Source of the DNA: Iphione sp. A-MEVVRFRX5 | Taxonomy: Eukaryota | DNA: 64,000 bases | NCBI GenBank assembly: GCA_976226885.1 | Contig: OZ320319.1 | Location: forward strand, 35,836,001-35,900,000 | Reading direction: 5' to 3' | In this document: piece by piece, positions 51,901 through 62,352 of the stretch | Layout of the letters: each line of letters begins with the position of its first letter | Position numbering within the stretch: the first letter of the stretch is position 1 | Notes under the pieces: model-generated | Seen by the model: the letters and a program-made list of their open reading frames with translations, nothing else | Told to the model about the DNA's origin: nothing | Database searches by the model: none | Made by a program: the position numbers and the translations under genes

Positions 51901-54900
51901 GTTGCTCAGGTCACCCAAACCTCCGGGGGCTCATTAAGCTCGTCACACCTGACTATGAGGCTGACATCAAAGAGAAGTCATTATCTCTTCGGCTCATCAC
52001 CTTGCAGAGAAACCATAGCAACCCGATCCAGGAAGACTGTTCCCTGCCAGGTGGGGCAGTAATGAATTTAGCCGCATTTTGCTTTTTATCTTTTTCACTC
52101 AACTGGACTTGAATCAAGTTTAGTGATTTTGTCCCTACAGATCTTTGCTGCCCACTGGAGACTAATTGATCCATCACAGAAATGATGGTAGCAGATCTAT
52201 GGAGCAAGTTTTTACCTTTTTTACTTTGTAAAGCTTAATTCTTATTACATTGTGGAAACAGGGGTTTTGAATACTCAACTCTACTGTCTACAGTAGATCA
52301 GTTGGTCTTTTTAAGGCGAAACGGTCCCGTAACTGTCTCATGCAAAACATTTAAACTTCTATCCCCTGTCCATGAAATTCAAAGATATCCTTGATAAATT
52401 TCAGCGGGTTTCAGTTGCCCCGCGCTGTGGTCACCGCTTGGAGACAAAAAGGCCTCAATATTACATGCATTCATACTGAGATTGAGTTGAAAGATGCTGC
52501 TCTCAATGTGAATCATTGGTGTACCAAACTGGATTTTATATCATAGCTTGTCCAAAAATCTATTTGTACATTTTATAATACATGTATACTTTTATCACAA
52601 ATTTTGTCGAAATCGTACATGTGCAAGCCTGCATATGCACCCACAATTAATGCTATTTGACCAATTTGACGTCATATATAAGTTTCAGTTGTGCTTTAAA
52701 GTGTCTTCGACTCGCATCGCTTGAAGAAAATGGCTTCCCATTGCAGCAAAAGTCAGGTTATGATACCTCAATCAAGGTAATACACGTACATGTACTTGTG
52801 CCGATACCCTGTTGATAAAAAGCAATGGGAACATTTCTTGTGAAAGAACCTAACTGCTGGAGAGAAACATGCGTTTGGCAAACAAGATCTTTATTTCAAC
52901 AAAGGTGTGTGTAGTTTCGTCAGCTTTATATTTAATGAAAGGCGTCGTAATACCAGTTTCATTAATGACAGGGAAAACAGCAGAAGAAAAACACTGCGGA
53001 ATCAGAAGGAGAAGTAACAGTAGAAGAAGAAGCAACTTCCGTGCAGCCCCGAACCTTCTCAGATGTAGTGCCTGTCGCTACTAGCGCCGTCATTCTTTAT
53101 GCCTGCCGTCTGGCGGCCACATTTATCATAATTGATTGAAATGGTTAGACTGGGAGCTGCAAAGATGCCGCCCGCCACAAATGGATATGGCCATCCAATC
53201 GGGCTTGTAATTGATAGATTGTCGTCTTAGAGAGCAAGAAATTGAAATCCCTTCATAACTCAACGTGATAGACACGATGCCGCTGATGAATGCCTTCTGC
53301 TCCTGTGAAAGAAAATGAATTCCCTCCAAAGGGAAAGTGTTTAACAGTATTTCCAATTTGATGGCTAATTTTGAATCCGGCTTGTGTCGGGGAGATGTCG
53401 GATAGACATCAGCCATTCCTCACACGTACGTCTGCAAAACCTTCACGAATTTTCATAAACGGGGGAAAATGAATCACGTTATATTATCAACATTACTTAT
53501 CATAAGCGCCATATTATTGAATTAACTCCGTGGCCCCGCACAGCCGCGAGGCATAAGTGCAGAACCACAAAAGAGCGATATTGCAGGTATATGGAGATTT
53601 ACCAGTGCCACCCTGCGTCGCTCAGCATCCTCCGAGGCGCCCCCCCCCCCCGCCGCACCTCCTGTTACTCACTGCTGAAGTCGCTCTCTGGCGGTCAGCA
53701 GGCAGGTTGGTGAAGTGAGCTACGGAAATCACGTCTTTAGAGCTCTGTTGACAGCGAGAAATGGAAACCAAACAAGGTCGGCAGCATTGCGTCCACGCGA
53801 ATGAAAAACTAGTCGACAATTATGTCTGTTAATCAGGAATGTTTTACACTGGACATGGGCTTCCCTGGATTTATGCACAACCAGGAGCAACCTGTTCTTG
53901 TGTCCCTGCACGGTGCTGCCTCAAAATGATATTAAAACGACAAGCACCGGAAGAGCAGCCATTATGTATGTAAACTATCGCTGGCTGCCTTAGCGTTCCC
54001 ATGACCTGGCAAGGTCACCTGGCCGGCAGTCGCATGACCTTGACGTTGGATCCGTTTCGCGCTTGCGCATGAGCTTCTCGGGAGCGAGACAATAGCCATG
54101 ACATTGATGGCGGCCGAGCTGTCCTCTACCTGGTGGCTATATTGTTAAAATGGCAAGATGGTACATCAATTCCACTCAAGTGAGCTATAATCGCACGGCA
54201 TCGGCAAAATTGTCTGTCATTTGCAATACATTAGACGCGCGCATCCAGTCGAACCTGGGCAGATGAAAGCATCTGTCATGCGCTGTTTTTAAGTCTGCAG
54301 GTCTGGCTGTAGTGGGACACCAAAGGGCAGGCGTATTCACTGCAAGGGTTAAGCGATCCATTCTGCTCGTATGAATTATGTAAGCCTTAATTGGAGGTGA
54401 GGCATCGGTAATGTACTAATTAAGGAAGCGGCCGCAAGTTAAAAGCTTTGAATTAAGGGGGAGCTGGTAGGGAACGAGCCGAGAGTGGGCCTGCACCGTC
54501 GCACTGATGTCTACGTATGCATTATAATGAGCGGATCAAATAGGGAAGCAAGCGAGCCTCGGCGAGGGTGAGGCGAGGCGGGAGGCACAAGGGACACGTG
54601 TAAGTCACGTGGTTACACCAGCCTTGATATTGTCTCCCTAATTACATGCCAGCCTGAGCCCTGAGCACCGCAGATATTTTTATTTCGCTTTTATACAGAC
54701 CAGTCATCTATAAATGCAGTAGGAGAAGGAGTTTGTCTGTGAAAAAAAGCATACATAATACATGTATATATATACACATGTTTTGCTGCTAGAACCGATG
54801 GAAGGCAGTGACGCCAGATGTAGTGAGATAAACATGTAAATGAATATATCGTATTGAAATTGATACCGAACTGCGAGAAGTGTTTTGATCGGTCCATGTA

Positions 54901-57593
54901 ACTCAAAGATATCTCGAAAAAAGAGCGAGAACAGAGCGAGATGTTGTTAGGACTGCTAGGTTGGAGGTGTGTCTAGCTCTTGCCATTTGATATGAATCAT
55001 ATAAAAATTGCCTCTTGGTCCTCGAAATAGGAAACATATTTCCATTATTGATTCGGTCCCGATTCTAACGTAAACGCATGGATGTGTTTGTTCTTATTAG
55101 TGATAACAAAACGGGCAGTAAACTGAGGGACTATTGTCACATCGGAGAACCTCACTCGTCTAGTGGGGTGTGGTTCAACCATCATATACGCAATGCTTAC
55201 AGACAGCTCTGAAGAGCCTAACTTAACTGGGCTCGAATTTAAAGGGGAAAAAATAGTCATGTCCTCAAGTGTGATATCCAACGCGCTCGGATGCTTTCCC
55301 ATTGAGTCTTGCGTGTTCACGCCCTTACTTTCAATCTTATCACGTCACCCGTATGCAGTGAGTACACTGTATATTGAATTGGGTCTCCGAATCCTTTGAA
55401 ATAACTGTCTCCCCTTCAATTCACCGGGTCGCCATTCGAATGCAGGACATGAAATTGACTTGCGGTTGTTATACAGTATGAATCGGTTGTCCTGTTATTC
55501 ACGAAGGGCGTCATTGTGGTGAGCTGACAGTGGGAAGACAGCAGTGGTAGAAACCCTCATATTTTAGAGGACGTGCTTAACTACCGCCATACATGTCCAG
55601 TGGGGCGTTGATCTGCAATTAGAACCGTCTAATTAATTGACTCCATCATTAATTATCCGCTATGCTCGGCGGATGTGTGGGAAGGTGCCTCCAAATGCGG
55701 GCCTGAGAGATAGAGGCGAGGTGTAGTAATTACAAAGAAGAAAACCCGAGTGTTCATGTGGTTTACTGTTGGAAAGAAAGGAGTTCTCTTTGTCCTATAA
55801 TAAAACTTAACATAAGCCTGTTTAGGAAATACTGTATGGAGGAACGGAGTCATTTGAATTGAGGTGACTGTTGAAAGCAGGAACCTGAGCAGACATTCAT
55901 GCATATTCATGAACATAGTCATTCATGCCCTGGTGAGGCAGGCTTGACCAGCTGCATTTTAGGGCAAACATCCTATCATCTCGTATGTAGGACTTAATTG
56001 GCCTCGGAGACAATACGTTGACATTTAAGTTGCTAACGCATTAGATACTGCATGACCACGCCAATAAGGGCTTGTCTTTCAAGAGAACGTGTCCATTATT
56101 ACCCTCATGTGGATCATTATTTCCGCTGTACCACAGTACGTGAGCCCTCAATAACGTATTCACGCTTCGGTGGTGAATTAATTCGGAACGTCGTGATTAT
56201 TGCATCGATAGGGGCCGCTTTGGCACCGCCATGGCGGTCATGTGACCCCCATGTGACCGTACGCGGCGAGCACCTTCTCCAAATTGGTACCGACCTGTTA
56301 CAACAACCTGAAGCGCCACCATACCGTGGAGAAAGGCGACGCCACGTGGACGCCAGCCTCACATACGGGCATTGGACGCAGTGGGTATTCGAGAGTTGTG
56401 ATTTATTAGACCAACACGTTGGTTCGATATCCGGGTAGGTGGGAGGGATATTGGCAAAAAGGTGGTGAGGTGGGGGCCCAATTTAACAACATGTCCGTGT
56501 CGGCTGATGAGAACCGCTATACCTGGAGGTACTAATCACCCGTACAGGAAGATGCTGGTAGGATGTGGTCATGGCTGATGAGGTGGGTTTTTTGCATGAC
56601 GAGCCTCTGGCCTGCAGGTCAGTACCTAATCACCAAGCACAGTCACACGCCGTGCTGGTTGCGGTCGACACGGTATAATGCAGGTAGAGGGCAGTGATAC
56701 AGAGGGTCGGGCGACCTCAGCAGCACCCCAGTTGACCTAGGTTCCGCATCCGGGCTGAGCACATGTAACGAATGTAATGTGGGAAGGAGTGTTAGAACCA
56801 GTCATTCACATGTTTTCAGAGGATATTTCCTTAGGTAGGCTTATATCGCGAAGGTCTCAGTGCATGTGGAAAGGTATTAAGTGTGTAGGTCCAACTTTGT
56901 CCAAGAGATGCAAGTCTGCCCCCTCTTATTTGGCTATGAACACAGGTTGTCTGCTACGGGAACAAGAAGTTTTCGCACGAGATATTTGTCAGGAAGAGCA
57001 GTTTGTTAGTGAAGTGCATGTTTTGGGGGGAATGTTCGGAGGAGGGGGGGGGGCGAGAGAAGGACTTCGGGGAGACGTCGGGGGTGAGGAGTTTCACCCC
57101 ATTCTGGAAGTATACCGACGCTGACGCCATGGGCCTTAAATGAGCTGAGTCGGGAGAATGGAATGGGGAAGGGAGCGGTACGGAAGGGTCGAGGGGATGG
57201 GGGCACCGCTGAAGGTGGGCGGGTGGTACCTTTGTCAGCCCACGTCGGCGGGTTTCACCTTTCCCGCGGGCGGGACAGCTCGCCGACGACAGACCCGCCG
57301 CTTTGTGGTGCCACCGCACCTTCACGTCACTTGTCGTTCGTTATGCGGAAACATGTTTTTTTATTCATGAGCCCGCTAGGCGGCGTTGTCCGTTGAAGGA
57401 TTATAACGAGCATGCGCAGGTAGCGTCGCGTAATGAGCGCCGTCTATCCGCCGCCGATGACAAGCCCTCCCCCCTCCCTTAAACCTCCGAACCCCCCCCC
57501 CCGCCCTTACCGCCTTCCCCAACATGCATCCTACCCCCGTCTACACGCCGGCTTCCTCGCCAGAGGCCGCCACTGTCTGCCGGCGCTAGGCGT

Positions 57594-57985
57594 ATGCAAA
57601 TTACTTGGGCTTTTCTAGCGGACTTTACTGTCTTTCTGCTTCCTTGAGTCGGGCAGCCGTCCGCCTGTATCGCCAGCCTGATTCACCTCAACGTTACCTT
57701 TCTGCTTTAATCACTGTGTCGAAGCCAATCCACGCACCCGGTTCTATTCGATGAGGGCCTCTCATATGCAAATGAGGTTTAACAATCGGTCGCGCTGGTT
57801 TTCAAGTAAGGCTGCCTTTAATGCATCGTTTCCACGGATTAATGAGCAAAAAAGGTTGCCTCCACCCACCCCCACCCCCCTTTAGTCGAATATAAAAAGG
57901 AATCAGTTCTCCGCGGCTTGGAGGCACCTCCAACAAAGCCTACGGCACGGCTAGATAGACCCGCTATTATGTATGCAAATGAGGT
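57594..57985 (+). promoter_or_regulatory. POU octamer / Sox candidate enhancer
   Basis: ATGCAAAT at 57594, 57766 and 57973; exact 14-mer TATGCAAATGAGGT twice; AACAAT at 57781. Confidence 0.5.
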
Positions 57986-58110
57986 ACCGGTGCTTGCACA
58001 AAGAAGGTAATTTGTCGCGATTGTTTGCTCAGCGGGAGGGCTTGGCTGAAGGGTCACACTTGAAAGGGCGGCCAGCGCGCAGGCTCGGCGAGTAAAGCCG
58101 GCGGTAGTGG

Positions 58111-58194
58111 CGCGTGGCTCAAGGTAAGCGTTTAGTCAGCGTGCCGCCCGCACGCCCGGCACGCGGCACGTGCGGGCCACGCGGGCGGCACGCG
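58111..58194. promoter_or_regulatory. Cluster of class C/B bHLH (HES/Hairy-type) sites
   Basis: CACGCG at 58160, 58178, 58189 and on minus at 58111; CACGTG at 58167. Confidence 0.45.
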
Positions 58195-60748
58195 CGCAGA
58201 GCGGTGCCAGCCGACTCGTTTAAGGCCAACTTACCACTAGTCAAGTCGTCCGGAAAGTGAGACGTGGGGAACAAGTGAGTGATCTCGGACGTCACCTTGG
58301 GCTACTTGTTTTGGGTGGAGGGGTGGGGAGGGTTGGAAGGACGGGGAGGTTTGAAGGATGAAGATTGAGGGAGAGGGGGGCGGGGGTTCAAATATCTATT
58401 AAAACGATACGAGTGGGATGCTGATTGTGACCAAGAGTATTGTGACGATCCAAGAGTTTTATTCAGGACAAGACTTCTCCTTAGCTAGCCAATGTCTGCT
58501 ATCTCAAACAGACTGGTTTAAAACCAAATTTGTTTGCCTCAATTTATTGGGATATAATGGATGGATTTGCAGATGAGCATCGCAGTTACTATCTTCCACT
58601 GATTCATGTTCGCTGTGAAAGGCTATTTAATCATACTCCCCTTGAATACACATTGAATATGCTTCATTTCATAGTCAGAGGGGAAAATCAAGTCAATTGT
58701 CGTCTGTTGCCGGAGTCGACTGAGCGCTCCCATGAGGCGTCATCTCGTCAAGAATTTATGTCGATAGCCTAATTAGCATATATGTTAATTAGCCCGTCGG
58801 TGTCGAAGAACCTCCACTTTCCCGTATCGGGTGCAGCCAAACCGCCATACACGCCGCCATTCCAATCCGGATTCCTCTTATTAGTTCTGCCTGGGTGACC
58901 CTCGCCACAGGGGTCCTGTTTAGAGCCTTTGAGTAGGGGGTTTTACCTGGAGCTGCGCTGATCAGGACCACAGATAGGGTTTCGTGCAGGTGCGAAGGGC
59001 TGGACAAAGAAAGGGAAGGCCTGAGTGAAATTGGTCACATTAACGAGTCGACTATTGTCCTCAATCACTGCCACTATTTCAAACCCTCCCGTGACGTTTC
59101 TCACATTAGCGGACCTTTTGTCCGAAGTTATTAGGCGTATTAGATCCGTAGGAGTAACGTCAAATGGGACCATAATATGCACCATTGGAGAACTTTAAAC
59201 CTGTAAAGAGAACGTAGAAGAACTAAACATGTAACCCAGGGTCTACCATCCAGTGTACTGGTACGATGTATCCCCCCAAGCAGACGTACACTTAGTATTT
59301 TTTTTGTAATTTACATGTACTTAAGGAAAAATTAGTACGGAGATGGTTTTCATTCATGCACATATCACATGTACATGTATTGTATAAATGCCACATCGGG
59401 CAGGCAACGGTGTTTACAACCATCGAATTAAGAACAGATTGAAAGGTACAAAACACGATTTTTAAAAATAATATTCCATCACATTGCAGACCAGACTAGA
59501 TTTTTTTTCTTTTTTTAAAGCAAAATGCAAACAACTGTCCACACGGTACATGTACATATTCAGTGTCCGTTGAATTGCATGTGTAGCACGTACGGGTTAA
59601 TCTGCTCCTGTGATTCTTAGTTTATTGATTCATAAGAGTGTGAAATAACATTCATCAGTTTTGCGAAAGAGCCTTTCTGATTCTAATATTTATGAACCGC
59701 TCTGCCGAAAATCGTTGTCTTGTGTTCCAATACGGCCAATACCTACTACTAAGCAACGAACGTCAGAGCGGCAGTAAGTAGTGTAAGAAAATAGAGGTTT
59801 TATGACTCCCCGTCGCCATGTCCATTGAATGAAGGAGTCTGTTTCCCCGTACTCTTAAGAAGCTCGAAATAAGGAAGGCGACAACAATAGTGTTTTGAAG
59901 AGGAAAGCATCCCCCCGTCCTCCCCTTCCTCACCTGTCTACTACCTCCGAACTACTGCTCCTGCTCTCCTCACACACGGCCACCTTGACAACAACCCCCC
60001 TCCCCTGTCCATTCCATATAAAGAACCCTGTGGCACAGATAGACATGCTTTGGGCATTTGACATTAGAGCTGAAGTTTTCCTCATCCACTCGAGTGGCAG
60101 CGGTGCACTGTGATAAGAAATGACAACGTCTGTGTACAGTATGTTAGAATTGCTGGGGGTCTTGGTGCCGCCGTAACAAGGAGGCGACTTTGCAAACAAT
60201 CAGTAATCCCCAGTGATCTTGGAGCAGACCTTTTAATTAGTATGTGCCTGAGATGTCAGGGTGCAAGTCTTGTTTGCGTGAGAGGGCCGAGGGAAGGCTC
60301 CTCAGGCGCAGCGGGGAGCCTTCGGCCCGTGTTAGCGGACATGACAGACAATTTATTTGTCTTTTGTGAGCTAAGGATGCGCCCAGGTGAGGGCCGGCGG
60401 CCGCCTGACAGGTGCCTTGAGGGGCGGGCCAGACGGCCGGCCTGGCCCGATGACAGTTCTATTGTCTGCTCCTCAACCTTAACGCGCTCGCTCCGTGTCC
60501 TGTTCTCGGAGAAATCGTTTAATTCTTTAAGTGCAACATGTGGCAGAGGAACGTGACATTTTCCATTTTCCGAATAAATTCAGCGGTACTTTCGCTCGCG
60601 GTTTCTTTTCGGAATTAGAATGCCATCTCTGATTGCTTACGTATGTAAGTAGGAAATTTAAGAAGTGGGAATTCATAGGAGGGAATCTAAGAAGGGAAAG
60701 GGATTGAGTTAAGGCGCTACGAGGCGACAGAAGGCTTTACCCTGTTGT

Positions 60749-60862
60749 CACCTGGAGATGCGGCGGGCTTTTACACCTGGGACGCCTTCGACACCTGGAT
60801 GAGAACAGCACCTTATAAGGTGCACTGGAGTACCTGGATGTCTCCGCGGTTGCCATGGAGAC
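60749..60862. promoter_or_regulatory. CACCTG (ZEB/Snail E2-box) cluster with CArG box and X-box
   Basis: CACCTGG at 60749, 60774, 60792; palindrome GCACCTTATAAGGTGC (60808-60823) containing CCTTATAAGG; TACCTGG at 60831; GTTGCCATGGAGAC at 60849. Confidence 0.45.
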
Positions 60863-62072
60863 ATGAAGAGAAGGAGGTGCGAGAGGGGAGTAAGCGGGAT
60901 TTGTGTAGAAGGATTTTTCAAGAAATGGGTCACCAACTGTTGAAGGAATATAAAAAGGCGAATCACGTGTATTCTATACGACATTTTACTAAGCAGTATA
61001 CTTTGTCGAATGTGATAGTGCTTTTTTAAAATATTTCTTACTACATCCTCTACCCTCTGCATACCTGTTCTCGGAGACAGCAGTCGTCGTATTTTTGGAT
61101 AGTGTTCATGCATATGTAATTATCTATTCTTGTGATTAATATACCTTTCTGATTTCCATGCAGAAGGTTATTTATCGTGTGCCATGTATAAATCAACTGC
61201 AGAGTGCTGCAGGTGGATTTTCCACCTTTTCTTCGGTGTGAAATACCTAGTCCTTCTTTGTAAAGTGGTTAAAGATGAAACATGATCTCAAACTATAAGT
61301 AGTTAAATGATCTGTGGGAAAGGAAGTGAACATGTTGTAGTGTGTGTATGTGTTTCGTGAGTGATCTGGCTCGGGATAATCCGTTTCAGGTGATCTGTGT
61401 AAGAGGATCTGTTTCGAGATTAAACTATGTAGATAGGTGTTGTGCAATAAAGTAACTGCAACATATATATCTATGGTGCAACAGTAGTTGATAGCTAAAT
61501 TTAGCACAAGTTATGTAATGATGACACAATCTTCTCCAGTCCACACATATGTCTAGACAGAGTGTCTATTTTTAGGTACTTTTATGAAATCTGTGAGGTA
61601 TTGCATAACCCTGGAGTATATAAGAAAACATATTTTCCTGAATAAATAGATACTTTCTGTTTGCACTCACAAGAAAGATCACCCCATGCACAACTATTTT
61701 AGTGTATTTGGAGTGAACCAGATTCTTTATTCTGTCATTTGTTCAATCTTCTGTTCACCAGCACTCCACTAGACTTAGACATGTTACAATATTAAACTCT
61801 CTAGCATGGTTATATATGTTCCGAACGAATATAATTTTTGTTTCATTTGTATATTTAGACAGAATTCAAACAGGTACTTATATCACGTAGATCGTTCATG
61901 TGCTGTACATGTAGGTATTTTTTAATTCGTCTTGTCATTCCTGTGAACATGGCTCTTTGATGTGGGTAAAACACATATATACATGTATACATATTGAAAT
62001 ACATGTACGTGTTATGCATACATCTGTGACATTTATGGTAGACTCTAAGAAGACCATCTTTTAGTCCATTAA

Positions 62073-62352
62073 GGGCCTGTTCACATACAGCCAGATTTTT
62101 CCGTTCCGCGTCCGCACATGGATGCGGATATTTCTTCAGCCCTCCTCTACTATTGTAAGCATTCACATATGCACATACTTTTCCCTGTCTGCACATGGGT
62201 GCAGAGGTCAAACCGTCTTGGATGGGTTTGGTCCGGGGACAAGGGACAAGTGCAGACCATATGGAGGTAATTATAAGAAAAACTCAGCATGGAGGATGTT
62301 TGTGTTCACGTCCGGGGACAGATATTTTGTCAGGATTCATGTGAACGTGGCT
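62073..62352. mobile_element. ~280-bp MITE of the same TIR family as 25190
   Basis: Left end GGGCCTGTTCACATACAGCCAGATTTTTC is 25/29 identical to the right TIR of the 25190 element. Right end ...ATGTGAACGTGGCT is a degenerate inverse; flanks are TAA and TTA. Confidence 0.55.
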
